Shown: one piece after another, positions 28,563 to 37,987 of the stretch | Position numbering within the stretch: the first letter of the stretch is position 1 | Layout of the letters: every line of letters starts with the position of its first letter | IMG/VR virus record: IMGVR_UViG_3300032301_000861 | Location: 3,744-67,743 of that record | Origin: a virus | Taxonomy: Duplodnaviria > Caudoviricetes | Length of the DNA stretch: 64,000 nt | Strand: one strand, 5' to 3' | Translations under genes and position numbers: made by a program | Notes under the pieces: model-generated | The model's database searches: none | What the model saw: only the letters and a program-made list of their open reading frames with translations | What the model was told of the DNA's origin: nothing

Positions 28563-29243
28563 TCAGTCCCATAATCCAGAGTAATATTTTCCAAACAACC
28601 GCAAGCCATTATCAATACGATCTTGATGCTGCTTTAATCCTTCGTGGTCAATTGTAAAAGTATCTTTAGGACCACGTTTCATTTCGTACATAGTAGGCTT
28701 GCCCTGTTCATCATGAGCACTGGGTTCAAAATAACTGTCATGTTTTCCGGAATAATATTGCTGCTCCCAGTCACACTCGGGATGTTGTTGTTCAAAGGTC
28801 CAGATTAGTTCACTCATTACCCAATTCCATCTACGATGAACGTTTTCATCAGTGTCCCATTCATTTTCTTTAGGAGGTGCTTCTGTGGATCGCAGATTCA
28901 ACCCCTCGGGTACATCCTCGTCGTCAACCAAGGCACTGCCCTTTTTAGTTGCCTGTAGTTGTTTGAGCATGGGTAAAATAATCATGCTCAATGTACCGTC
29001 CATATTCCAAGTATCATAGCAGTCAATACGAATTTTTACTCTGCGGGTACGCTTACGATCAAACCAATTGCAGAAATCATCCACCCATGTAGTAGATAAC
29101 CACTCACCTATGCGATCATGCAGCCGGTAGTCCCACCGATCAATAAGATCGTCACTAGGATAGTGATCGTGCCAAAAAAACACAGCATCAACAATTTGAT
29201 AAGGTCCCCAATAGTTTTTATATGGTCCTATATACAGTTTCAT
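28563..29243 (-). CDS. Conserved hypothetical phage protein
   Basis: 226-aa co-oriented ORF, tight packing. Confidence 0.75.
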   Translation of the reverse strand: MKLYIGPYKNYWGPYQIVDAVFFWHDHYPSDDLIDRWDYRLHDRIGEWLSTTWVDDFCNWFDRKRTRRVKIRIDCYDTWNMDGTLSMIILPMLKQLQATKKGSALVDDEDVPEGLNLRSTEAPPKENEWDTDENVHRRWNWVMSELIWTFEQQHPECDWEQQYYSGKHDSYFEPSAHDEQGKPTMYEMKRGPKDTFTIDHEGLKQHQDRIDNGLRLFGKYYSGLWD

Positions 29244-29256
29244 GAGTTATTGTCCT

Positions 29257-29679
29257 TTAAGCAACGTCTTCAGTTTTTTGATCACTGGGATATTTATTAC
29301 TGGCCATACGAATAATTAGAATGCTAATGGATAGTACCATGGTGGTACCTCCCAGGGTGGCTATTTCCCAAACCCGATCTGATCCTACAGCCACAAGGTC
29401 CACTAAGTGTCTGGTCAATGCTGTAATTGCAATATAAACCAGAAATCTCACTGGCATATGATTGGTCTTGAAATAGATACCAACCATGGCTCCAATTTCC
29501 AAATAGATAAACAACAGCAGTAGATCTGGGATAGTGGCATGATGCTTGTTAAAAAACTCAACCACAGTCCAACCAGCAGCCCATACAGTGGCGGCACCGA
29601 TCACAAACAAGGCCAGTCTATGAAATAGACCTACCAGTACGTTGCCCACGGCGTCAAGATTTTGTAATTGTTTTTGCAT
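29257..29679 (-). CDS. psiE: Phosphate-starvation-inducible membrane protein PsiE
   Basis: DLLLLFIYLEIGAMVGIYFKTNHMPVRFLVYIAITALTR; four TM segments. Confidence 0.9.
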   Translation of the reverse strand: MQKQLQNLDAVGNVLVGLFHRLALFVIGAATVWAAGWTVVEFFNKHHATIPDLLLLFIYLEIGAMVGIYFKTNHMPVRFLVYIAITALTRHLVDLVAVGSDRVWEIATLGGTTMVLSISILIIRMASNKYPSDQKTEDVA

Positions 29680-29988
29680 TTAAGCCACCAACCAGACATA
29701 GTCTTGTTTTAGTCGCACAGTTTCACGACCATCGTATTCTTCAATTATGAATTCTGCGCCCAGGTCCACCCACTCAATGGTCAGACTCCATGCTGCGCCA
29801 TAGTATCCATCCTGCCCATAGGTTTGTTTGCAGTAGGGTATAATCCGTTCATGCTGCTCATTTTCCACCATGGCCACAATCTCAGGATCAAAGAGAATTT
29901 CAGGCTTGTCCATCCAAGTAGACCATCCTGCACCAAAATTAGGGGTAATCAATACTGCCACTTGACCATTTCGAATTACTCGATTCAT
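29680..29988 (-). CDS. Hypothetical phage protein
   Basis: VAVL.TP.FGAGWSTW ... IEEYDG.E motif ORF. Confidence 0.75.
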   Translation of the reverse strand: MNRVIRNGQVAVLITPNFGAGWSTWMDKPEILFDPEIVAMVENEQHERIIPYCKQTYGQDGYYGAAWSLTIEWVDLGAEFIIEEYDGRETVRLKQDYVWLVA

Positions 29989-30016
29989 TTGCTTATCCTA
30001 TAGTTATGTGCGTACA

Positions 30017-30247
30017 TTACAGGTCAACTGGCCAAGCCCAATTAACCGTGATCCAATCTGACAAACAGTCTTCAAAGGAGTAGTCGCGGTCAACTGTGTC
30101 TTGCCCGTACTTTTCACACATTTTCTTATACCAATAGAGCCAGTAGGTTCGTCTGACATCATCTTCACTGACAGTTTCCACATAGCCACCGCTGGCATCT
30201 GCTCGTGGATTACCCGGATTATATTCGTTGTAAGAATAGTATCTCAT
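30017..30247 (-). CDS. Hypothetical protein
   Basis: Co-oriented ORF, AGGA RBS. Confidence 0.65.
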   Translation of the reverse strand: MRYYSYNEYNPGNPRADASGGYVETVSEDDVRRTYWLYWYKKMCEKYGQDTVDRDYSFEDCLSDWITVNWAWPVDL

Positions 30248-30273
30248 TTCTTATCCTTTAGCAAGACCTTGAC

Positions 30274-30609
30274 TTATTCATAATTGTTCCACTCGGTGAG
30301 AACGAATTTCAGACTTGCCCAAGCCTTATCCTCCGCATCAATCTCTACGGTGACTTCAAAGCCACCTGAAGAACTCAAATACTGTTTACCATCATTATCA
30401 CGGGCCCACTCAATGCCCTCAATCAGACGGCGACGAGCCTCGGTTCGCAGTTGGATAACATCAGGAACAAAAACTTGTTCAGGTTTATCTGGAAAATTTT
30501 TATGCCAGGTCCAACCCAGATAGGTCATTACACTGTGAACACGCGCAAAGTAAAAGTTCTCCAGAATTTCCCAGACTACATCGTGATCGCTTTCAGTCAG
30601 GTTTGCCAT
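30274..30609 (-). CDS. Hypothetical protein
   Basis: Co-oriented ORF overlapping neighbour. Confidence 0.65.
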   Translation of the reverse strand: MANLTESDHDVVWEILENFYFARVHSVMTYLGWTWHKNFPDKPEQVFVPDVIQLRTEARRRLIEGIEWARDNDGKQYLSSSGGFEVTVEIDAEDKAWASLKFVLTEWNNYE

Positions 30610-30880
30610 TTTTCAAATCCTCCGCTAATCGTTTGTGAAAAGTATCTTCGCCATCATCGCCACTGACCAGCCAGTCAATGCGTTGAGCATAGATAAGTGC
30701 TTGGTTCAACAGTTCAACGGCCCGCTTGAATTCCCTAATGGTTTCATCTGAGTATTCACGACCCTTAGGATTGCCCCAGTCGTTGAGTTCTTGAGAATGA
30801 TTGTCCCTAATCAACTGCTCGACAGCATCTGCGATATAACCTAATCGGTACTGTTGATAATCAAAAAAGCCGCCACTCAT
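30593..30880 (-). CDS. Hypothetical protein (MSGG.FDY family)
   Basis: Directly downstream of sigma70 promoter, GGAG RBS. Confidence 0.75.
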   Translation of the reverse strand: MSGGFFDYQQYRLGYIADAVEQLIRDNHSQELNDWGNPKGREYSDETIREFKRAVELLNQALIYAQRIDWLVSGDDGEDTFHKRLAEDLKNGKPD

Positions 30881-30912
30881 GGTTAAACTCCGTTTTACTA
30901 GTGTATGTGTAT

Positions 30913-30941
30913 AGTATACAGTAAACTGGATTCATTGTCAA
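30913..30941 (-). promoter_or_regulatory. sigma70 promoter
   Basis: TTGACA-17-TATACT on minus strand. Confidence 0.85.
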
Positions 30942-30950
30942 GCCCAGGGT

Positions 30951-31373
30951 TTACCAACTGATTGAAATACGCTGATTGCCCGACTCATTCCAAGACCACT
31001 CACATCCACATTCTTCAATTATGGGCAAAATACTTTTGAGATTTTCCACACCTAGGGGTGTGCCACTGAAACAGAATACAGAATTGTCCTGCTGTTCTGG
31101 ACTGTAATGTGGGAATGTGTCAAAGTCTGCTTCAGTTACCCCCTCTGGCAAGATTCGTTCCTGCTTTTCATCATTCCATTCACATTCCATTTCACAGTCC
31201 TGTTCGTGATTGAACAGCACACGATCAAAGTCTATATCCTGACCCGTGAATGGTCCTTGCTCGTGCTCACCGGGTAAACTCTGCCAAGCACAAGTTTGGC
31301 AACAGGGTAGAGCCCAGGCCACATACCAGCCTTGCTCGGTTAATCGATCTTGTAGTCGTCTAAATCCGTTCAT
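30951..31373 (-). CDS. Hypothetical protein (CCQTC motif)
   Basis: 140-aa ORF, ATGA overlap with upstream gene. Confidence 0.7.
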   Translation of the reverse strand: MNGFRRLQDRLTEQGWYVAWALPCCQTCAWQSLPGEHEQGPFTGQDIDFDRVLFNHEQDCEMECEWNDEKQERILPEGVTEADFDTFPHYSPEQQDNSVFCFSGTPLGVENLKSILPIIEECGCEWSWNESGNQRISISW

Positions 31374-31603
31374 TCTTCAACTCCAAAATGTTTCGTAATC
31401 GCTAATCCTACCCATTCCGCACCTAATGCCTGTTCATCTTCGCCATCTGCTTCGAACACATCGCGCATTTTATCTACTTGCGTTAAGCATTCTTTCACAA
31501 TCAACTCGGCGAATTTATCTTTAAAAGATGATTGCCACCATTCTGGACCAAAATCTTCTGCTCGGCATGCCTGTTTAGCTAGTTCTTTGATTAGTTCGTT
31601 CAT
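31370..31603 (-). CDS. Small paralog 1 (MN..I.ELA...KFAELI..EC...HFGVE)
   Basis: Tandem triplication, ATGA overlaps. Confidence 0.75.
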   Translation of the reverse strand: MNELIKELAKQACRAEDFGPEWWQSSFKDKFAELIVKECLTQVDKMRDVFEADGEDEQALGAEWVGLAITKHFGVEE

Positions 31604-31854
31604 TCTTCAACTCCAAAATGATACTTCATTTTTGCCACCAGGTGACCGCGAAATGCGTTCTCGATCTGATCACGATAATCGCCGTACCATGACGGGTAGT
31701 TCTCTACGATGCCGATACATTCCTCAGCAATCAACTGAGCGAATTTTTCTTTATCAAACTTATAGTGATCAATAGTCTTTTGATTATATGAATCCCAAGT
31801 AGAATAATCTAATACCTTAGCCTGGTCAGCAAGTTCTTGAATTCGTTTGTTCAC
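31600..31854 (-). CDS. Small paralog 2
   Basis: As above; GTG start. Confidence 0.75.
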   Translation of the reverse strand: MNKRIQELADQAKVLDYSTWDSYNQKTIDHYKFDKEKFAQLIAEECIGIVENYPSWYGDYRDQIENAFRGHLVAKMKYHFGVEE

Positions 31855-32063
31855 GATTCAACTCCAAAATGTTCTTTTAACCTATAAGACAAAACTTCTC
31901 CGCTACCTTGATCCTGCTCTACAAATTCAGCACATTCTCTGACCAATAACTCGGCAAACTTCTCCAAAAACAACCGTTGCTGTTCTTCGTGTGATGCGTC
32001 CGAGTGTTCATTACCAACATAAAAGTCGCAATGTTCAGCGAGTTCACGAATTCGGTGGTTCAC
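31851..32063 (-). CDS. Small paralog 3
   Basis: As above; GTG start. Confidence 0.75.
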   Translation of the reverse strand: MNHRIRELAEHCDFYVGNEHSDASHEEQQRLFLEKFAELLVRECAEFVEQDQGSGEVLSYRLKEHFGVES

Positions 32064-32229
32064 GATTCAAATTCTCCTGAATAAGTTGTTCTAACTCTGC
32101 GTACTCTTTTGGATTGCGGTCAATGATTTCTTCAACTACACTATCCAATTCACAAATACTTCGCAATTTGTTTTTTGGATTTCGCATATGATTGAGCATT
32201 TCATCTATGGTATATTCTTTATCTGCCAT
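32044..32229 (-). CDS. Hypothetical protein
   Basis: Co-oriented ORF filling gap. Confidence 0.55.
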   Translation of the reverse strand: MADKEYTIDEMLNHMRNPKNKLRSICELDSVVEEIIDRNPKEYAELEQLIQENLNREPPNS

Positions 32230-32572
32230 TATTTTTCTCCGGGTTCATTTCCTCAGTAGGATAATCTGAATATACCTTAATAGTCAGATCAGGATCACTT
32301 TTGCATTCTTCTAGCCAGCTATTGAGTATTGATTGGGTCAAGAAACTTAACCCTTGATTATATTTAAAACAACGATAGATGCTGCCTGAATGGTTCAAAA
32401 ATTCAAAAGCATCGCCAAGGTCCGCAGTATCAACTACACCAGAACTCAACTTCCAAGAGTCAGCACCGGCAAATCCGCCATACCAGCCAGCCAGTATTTT
32501 TTGAGTAATGTCTTCTGCTTGTTGAAATTCGACCACTACCCATCGATCGGGTGTATAAATTCGACTGTTCAC
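32219..32572 (-). CDS. Conserved phage hypothetical (Y.PD.WV...GWYGGF.G.DSWKLSSG)
   Basis: Downstream of sigma70 promoter with GGAG RBS. Confidence 0.75.
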   Translation of the reverse strand: MNSRIYTPDRWVVVEFQQAEDITQKILAGWYGGFAGADSWKLSSGVVDTADLGDAFEFLNHSGSIYRCFKYNQGLSFLTQSILNSWLEECKSDPDLTIKVYSDYPTEEMNPEKNNGR

Positions 32573-32598
32573 AAGTTAACTCCGGTTTTCTAGTATAT

Positions 32599-32627
32599 AG
32601 TATAACACAGATTGATCAATCGGTCAA
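32599..32627 (-). promoter_or_regulatory. sigma70 promoter
   Basis: TTGACC-17-TATACT on minus strand. Confidence 0.8.
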
Positions 32628-32634
32628 GACGGGA

Positions 32635-32850
32635 TTATTTGGTTTTGGGTACTCGTTTGCGTAGCCCATTCATCCAATTGAGCACACTTTGATCGATAAG
32701 CGGTTCGATCGAGTCGTCGGAATTTTTGAACCCTTCCTTCATAACATCACGAATTGCTTCTCGTAGAGCATCGTGATCTGGATGTGTAGCAATCAAGGCC
32801 TTGACCATCACACTCAATGCTACAAATTGTGCCGCACTTTTTTCGTCCAT
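32635..32850 (-). CDS. Hypothetical protein
   Basis: 71-aa co-oriented ORF. Confidence 0.6.
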   Translation of the reverse strand: MDEKSAAQFVALSVMVKALIATHPDHDALREAIRDVMKEGFKNSDDSIEPLIDQSVLNWMNGLRKRVPKTK

Positions 32851-32853
32851 TTG

Positions 32854-33210
32854 TCACCTACAATTTTTTAGGCACGGTTCGCAAAGCGTTGTCAGCCATC
32901 CACCTTGGCGCGCTGTGCCACGATTGCCACATTGTTCGCAAATATACGCACTCAGGTCTTCGGCAAAACTGATATATGCGTCAGTCACGGTATATCCACC
33001 GGAGTAATAGAATCGCAGAGTGGCAAACTTTTCTTTGACTTGATCTGCAACCATCTGCTCACAAGCTGGATTTCGATCCAGAAAATTCTGTACCTTACTG
33101 CACATTACATCCAGCAGAGTGTACCAACCATCCCCGCATTCGATATCTTTACATCGACTGAAAATTTTAGGATACCGTTCGATTAGTTGTTGTTCAAGTT
33201 CTGGGCTCAT
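32854..33210 (-). CDS. Conserved phage hypothetical with zinc-ribbon (ECGDGW...QVKEKF..LRFY...CEQCG...CEPC)
   Basis: Motifs in translation. Confidence 0.75.
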   Translation of the reverse strand: MSPELEQQLIERYPKIFSRCKDIECGDGWYTLLDVMCSKVQNFLDRNPACEQMVADQVKEKFATLRFYYSGGYTVTDAYISFAEDLSAYICEQCGNRGTARQGGWLTTLCEPCLKNCR

Positions 33211-33547
33211 TTTTTGTTCGCTCTATTTCAGTAATAGCAGATTGTAGCGCAGCGGCATAGTTTAGCGCAACTTGTTTGGAAAACAAAGATGCTGATTCGT
33301 ATTTGATTACACCAGTGGTCAGCAACTGCCAAATGTGTTGCCAGCGAGTTGCTCGCCACCCACTGGTATGCTGCTGTGTATATACAGAAACAACCACATC
33401 GTCCTCATCAAAGTCTACATCAACTATGTGGTTACAACTCGGTTCACCGCAGTTACAGTCTACACGGAATCTCTTCCACGTGGGCCTATCTTCTAGTTTA
33501 GAAATCTGTGTTGCCGGAGTTTCTGGTTTCATTGCGTTTATTCTCAA
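33194..33547 (-). CDS. Hypothetical protein
   Basis: Co-oriented overlapping ORF, CxC..C.H motif; start uncertain. Confidence 0.6.
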   Translation of the reverse strand: MRINAMKPETPATQISKLEDRPTWKRFRVDCNCGEPSCNHIVDVDFDEDDVVVSVYTQQHTSGWRATRWQHIWQLLTTGVIKYESASLFSKQVALNYAAALQSAITEIERTKNEPRT

Positions 33548-33926
33548 AATGAGTTTTAATTAATTCAGCGTACTCGCTGGCCGGGATGCCCTGATTGACC
33601 GCGTTCTTTACCACTGATACGCATTCGTCAACGGTCTCGTATTCTAGATTATGAATATCAATATAGCCTGCGACCTGGGCCTGTACATAAGATTCCATTC
33701 CAAATCCAAACACATCATAAAGTGTTCCTCGATAACTTGAATTTTTAACGAACAAGGCTTTATGAATACGACGAACCACAGCACAGAATACGGATAGCCT
33801 TTGATCCTCAGTGAGACTGTTCCAATATGCTTCCTGGTCCTGCTCAATTTCTTTCATGGCCTGATTGAACACTTCCGAAATGCTTTCTAGTGATTCAAGT
33901 AGTGATTTTTTATTTTCATTATCCAT
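33498..33926 (-). CDS. Hypothetical protein
   Basis: Co-oriented ORF abutting ligase. Confidence 0.6.
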   Translation of the reverse strand: MDNENKKSLLESLESISEVFNQAMKEIEQDQEAYWNSLTEDQRLSVFCAVVRRIHKALFVKNSSYRGTLYDVFGFGMESYVQAQVAGYIDIHNLEYETVDECVSVVKNAVNQGIPASEYAELIKTHFENKRNETRNSGNTDF

Positions 33927-35227
33927 TAAAATTTTTCTCCTGCTCTAAATCCCCTAAACTTTTCAAATCTAGGAAATCTAAGACTATACACATTGTCGCT
34001 GTCTTGATTTTTAGTTACACAATCTGCTTTAATTTCTACAATCTGTCCGATAATTGAATCTTTGTTTACCCAAATTTCTTCTCTTTGTTCGTCGGTGAGA
34101 CCAGATCCAACATTAACCCGAATCTTTTTATCTTGATCAAAACCCTCACAGACTAATGCGCCCAGCTTGCCTGAATTTTTTCCCGTGCCTTCTTCAAGGT
34201 CCACTACAGCAAGATCGAATGTAACCACTGGTTTCATTTTCAACCAAGATACACTACGCTTACACTGATATTGTGCGTCAGGATCTTTTACCATAATGCC
34301 TTCGAAGCTCTGTTCAATAGCCCAGCGATTATACTCTTCAAATTCCAGTCTACCAACCATTGTATCCAAATCCACTTCTTTTTGTGGGATAAGATCAATA
34401 AAGCCTACCTTGTCAAATACTGCCTTCATACTACGCAGAAGATTTGTTCGGCGGCGTTGACCCAACACACTCTGCCCAGCCTGGAATTCTGAAAGAGGAA
34501 TGATATCAAACAGCATTAGCTTGGCATCTTCACTGTGTACATTCTCTTTACGATGTACCTGTTTCATTAATGCTTGAAAACTGGATGATACCATTTCTCC
34601 ATCAAGAACTACGCTTCGATCAAATAGATCAATATTTTGTTCAATGGCCTGAGTGATATGTCCAAAGTTTTCTAAAATCTTTCCGTTGCGGGTATACTGC
34701 GTTACTGTCTTGGCCTGTGAATCAATAATAGTAAGAACTCTAACACCGTCAAGTTTAGGCTCAATTAATTTTTTCCCAGCAACTTTCTTTTCATGATTGG
34801 CACCATCATGAGACAGCATACATTCGAATACTGGAACAGCATCTTTAACAATTTTGTTAATGGTCTTTTCACTAACACCACATCGTAGATCTTTGATAAG
34901 AATTCTTCGATACCAATCATTCCATTGTGTTTTAGTACTGGCAGTAAGTGCTAGCTCAATAGCAGCTCGAGCATCATCACCAGTAAGTTGGCGTGTGCTC
35001 AAAAGATGTGTAAGTTCTTTAAATGCAGCCCAGGGAAGCCCTTGTCCATCTGGACCGCTGTGTGCGGGAATTTTCTTAACACCAAATGTAATGTAAGGAC
35101 TTAGTGCTAGTTCGAAGCCTTCAAACAACTCTGCATTATCAATTTGAGCTTCGATAATAGATTCTTTATTAAGACGGCTAGAGTGATCCTCTAGCATACG
35201 GATTACACTATCACAGGGGTCAATCAT
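33926..35227 (-). CDS. ATP-dependent DNA ligase
   Basis: KxDG motif (EPKLDGVR), VLDGE, EGIMVK, WLKMK, SLRFPRF. Confidence 0.95.
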   Translation of the reverse strand: MIDPCDSVIRMLEDHSSRLNKESIIEAQIDNAELFEGFELALSPYITFGVKKIPAHSGPDGQGLPWAAFKELTHLLSTRQLTGDDARAAIELALTASTKTQWNDWYRRILIKDLRCGVSEKTINKIVKDAVPVFECMLSHDGANHEKKVAGKKLIEPKLDGVRVLTIIDSQAKTVTQYTRNGKILENFGHITQAIEQNIDLFDRSVVLDGEMVSSSFQALMKQVHRKENVHSEDAKLMLFDIIPLSEFQAGQSVLGQRRRTNLLRSMKAVFDKVGFIDLIPQKEVDLDTMVGRLEFEEYNRWAIEQSFEGIMVKDPDAQYQCKRSVSWLKMKPVVTFDLAVVDLEEGTGKNSGKLGALVCEGFDQDKKIRVNVGSGLTDEQREEIWVNKDSIIGQIVEIKADCVTKNQDSDNVYSLRFPRFEKFRGFRAGEKF

Positions 35228-35230
35228 GGA

Positions 35231-36172
35231 TTATTCCTGGGTAAACAATGTTGGATGAATTACTGGACTTTCGAAACGTTCACTCATTTTGTTAAACATT
35301 TTAACATCTCTTTCTATCAAAATGCAATCTCTCTGTGTATTTTTAGCTGCAATGCCTGTGCTTCCAGACCCGGCAAATGTGTCTAAAATCAAATCTCCCG
35401 GATTGGTACACAGTTCAATAAAATATTCAAGAATTTCTGTAGGTTTTTGAGTGGGGTGAATTTTATTTTTACCTAGCCCACCACTGAATGTAATAGTATT
35501 TGGAATTACTGCCTGAATTTTGCCACTATTATCTCTCTTCCTACTTTTGATCATAGATTCTGCTTCTACCAATGCCTTGGCAAAAATACTTTCTAAGTTT
35601 TGTTTGCCCAGGCCTTCTTTGACTTCTTTGTATAAGATAGAGCTAACTTTATCTGCAACCGCATATCTGTCCACAATCGAGTTTAAGTCTGTGTCAGAAT
35701 TAAAGATTCTTTTGCCACCGGGCTTGATTCCCCAAAGAATGTATTCACAACCGCTGACCGGATTAACCTGTCGATTAAATGGTACCGCAGCAGGTTTCTT
35801 CCAAGTCCATACACGCTTTGGTTCAAAGCCTGCTTCAGCCATAATTTTCCAAAGATAAGAAATATATTGATCTGATATAAACACTGCAAAAGATCCTCCT
35901 TTTCTTACTTTTTGGAACCACATCTTGCTCCAATGTTCGAGCTGAACTAAAAATTCTTCGTGAGTAACACTATCCCAATCTTCATCGAAGTTTTCCGAAA
36001 ACTTTTGACTGTGAATTGTATTTTTATTTTCGCCAGTTTCTTTGTCAATCCAAACAGGTTTTGCTCCGTCGTTGGAAATGTTATAAGGAGGATCTGTAAG
36101 TAAAAAATCTACAGATTCGTTTTTAATTTGATCTGCAGTCTCTAAACAACTGCCTTGGATAAGTGTAATCAT
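35231..36172 (-). CDS. Amino (N6-A/N4-C) DNA methyltransferase, beta class
   Basis: LTDPPY near N-terminus, HPTQKP and LDTFAGSGSTG near C-terminus. Confidence 0.92.
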   Translation of the reverse strand: MITLIQGSCLETADQIKNESVDFLLTDPPYNISNDGAKPVWIDKETGENKNTIHSQKFSENFDEDWDSVTHEEFLVQLEHWSKMWFQKVRKGGSFAVFISDQYISYLWKIMAEAGFEPKRVWTWKKPAAVPFNRQVNPVSGCEYILWGIKPGGKRIFNSDTDLNSIVDRYAVADKVSSILYKEVKEGLGKQNLESIFAKALVEAESMIKSRKRDNSGKIQAVIPNTITFSGGLGKNKIHPTQKPTEILEYFIELCTNPGDLILDTFAGSGSTGIAAKNTQRDCILIERDVKMFNKMSERFESPVIHPTLFTQE

Positions 36173-36178
36173 ACTACG

Positions 36179-36207
36179 ATTATACTAGACTTTTTAGCAA
36201 TTGTCAA
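36179..36207 (-). promoter_or_regulatory. sigma70 promoter for methyltransferase, probably leaderless
   Basis: TTGACA-17-TATAAT, ATG 6 nt after the -10 box. Confidence 0.85.
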
Positions 36208-36209
36208 TC

Positions 36210-37871
36210 TTAAAAAAATCTAATATGGAATCCAGGTGCGTTTTGATTTACTGTGTCAGTTCCGGCATGATATTGATAACCAAATTTAGCATTTTCAAAG
36301 GAACGTTGTTGGACCGAAATAGTACCGTTACTGTTAATGATAATCCAGGCAGCAATTGCTTTTCGTCGTTTCATAATATTAGTAATGGTAGTTTCCATTT
36401 CTAAAGCCATTTCACCTTCAACCACCTGATTTCGAAATCCCATTCCTAACATATAAGTTAGTTGCCTACTCGCTGCTCTCACAAAGTTAGCATCGAATTT
36501 TTTCTTTCCTGCAGAACGAGAAGATTGGATTCCAACATCGTCTTCGGTGTTTGCTCTTATGTATTTTTTATAATCAGCCGGCATTCCGACCGGTATCAAT
36601 TTTGGAAGAAAATTAGTTTTAGATTTTCTATTTTCTTTCTGTTTAGTCGTTCTTCCGGAAGATAGAGCAGCCGGTAATACTGCCTGCAGATATCTTGAAT
36701 AAAGAGCATCACTTCCAGAGGCCTGTAACTTTTTCACAAAGTTAGCAACTGCAGATTCCATTTCCGAATAATTGTTTATTTCTGAAACTCCTAAAATTTT
36801 AATTAAGGATTGATATTCGGGAATACCTGCAGTCTTAGCAGCTCTAATTAATTTATCTGTAGTTCTTCCATCAGAACTAACAAAATCTTTTAGCACTTTT
36901 AGAGAAACAGATAAAGTATTGCCAGGAAGTGAGGCCATTTCTTTTTCATATTGATCAATTTGATCTTTTATCACCATGAAACTATTTCCACTACCACTTA
37001 AACTTTTTACAGCCGTATCTTGACCATTAATAGTTACATCTATTAGCGGTTCGTTAGATTTTGGTGAAAACTTAATCGGTTGCGACCCTTTGGTCATTAC
37101 AATAGGAGTGAGTATTTCCCCAAAATCTTGACTAATTAATTTTATGCATCCAGACATCCAAGACATTGCCTGAGGATCTACGTTTTCCTTTTCGCCCAAG
37201 GCGACATCAACTAATTGGCTCAATCCGTTTAGTAATTGCTGATCCGGGCCAATAACATTAGGCAACTCTTCTTTAACCTTGCTGGCCAATTCTATTCTAG
37301 TTCCGGTCCAGCCTAGTAATTTAAACTTTTCAGGTCGTAATTGCTGGGGACCTACTTGACATCCCTCTCCAGTTTTTTGTGTACTCCCTTTTCCAGCAAT
37401 AACAATTGTAAAGAGATTATTATTATTTTTTAAAGAATAGGTATCCGATTGATAAGTATCAGAAATCATTAGTTGTACAGAATCCGGATCTCTAAGTACT
37501 AATCCATTCTTTTTTAAAAGATCGATAACCGTTGATTTTGGAAGTGCATTTAAAATGCGAATATGAGGAACTAATTTATTATCATTAGGTTTTGCAAATT
37601 GTACTCGGACCGCTACATTCGGAAATTGATCAACAAGAAGTTCTTTAATTTTAAGAGCTACTTCATCATTAGGTTGTACCGCAGCATATTCAATTCCGTT
37701 AATATTGTATGATTTTTCTAATGTAGATTTAGACCGTTTCGGTAGTAAATCACCAATATCTTTAATTCCTGTAGACAACGCACTTGTTGATGTTTGAATA
37801 GTAATAGGTTGGGCAACATCAGGTGATGCCAAACCCGGCGGTTGAGGTGCAATCATTTCAAAAAATCTCAT
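36210..37871 (-). CDS. Putative PD-(D/E)XK-fold nuclease, late gene
   Basis: DFGEIL...SNEPLIDV...TAVKS variant motif; TATAAATA-5nt-ATG fixes start at MRFFEM. Confidence 0.5.
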   Translation of the reverse strand: MRFFEMIAPQPPGLASPDVAQPITIQTSTSALSTGIKDIGDLLPKRSKSTLEKSYNINGIEYAAVQPNDEVALKIKELLVDQFPNVAVRVQFAKPNDNKLVPHIRILNALPKSTVIDLLKKNGLVLRDPDSVQLMISDTYQSDTYSLKNNNNLFTIVIAGKGSTQKTGEGCQVGPQQLRPEKFKLLGWTGTRIELASKVKEELPNVIGPDQQLLNGLSQLVDVALGEKENVDPQAMSWMSGCIKLISQDFGEILTPIVMTKGSQPIKFSPKSNEPLIDVTINGQDTAVKSLSGSGNSFMVIKDQIDQYEKEMASLPGNTLSVSLKVLKDFVSSDGRTTDKLIRAAKTAGIPEYQSLIKILGVSEINNYSEMESAVANFVKKLQASGSDALYSRYLQAVLPAALSSGRTTKQKENRKSKTNFLPKLIPVGMPADYKKYIRANTEDDVGIQSSRSAGKKKFDANFVRAASRQLTYMLGMGFRNQVVEGEMALEMETTITNIMKRRKAIAAWIIINSNGTISVQQRSFENAKFGYQYHAGTDTVNQNAPGFHIRFF

Positions 37872-37987
37872 ACCAGTATTTATATCGTAGTTTCTATACA
37901 GAACTTTATTAATAATATAGATTATAAATAGAAAAGGATTCAAAAAATATCAATTTGATAAAATAACTTTCTAGAAAGTTTTCGAGT

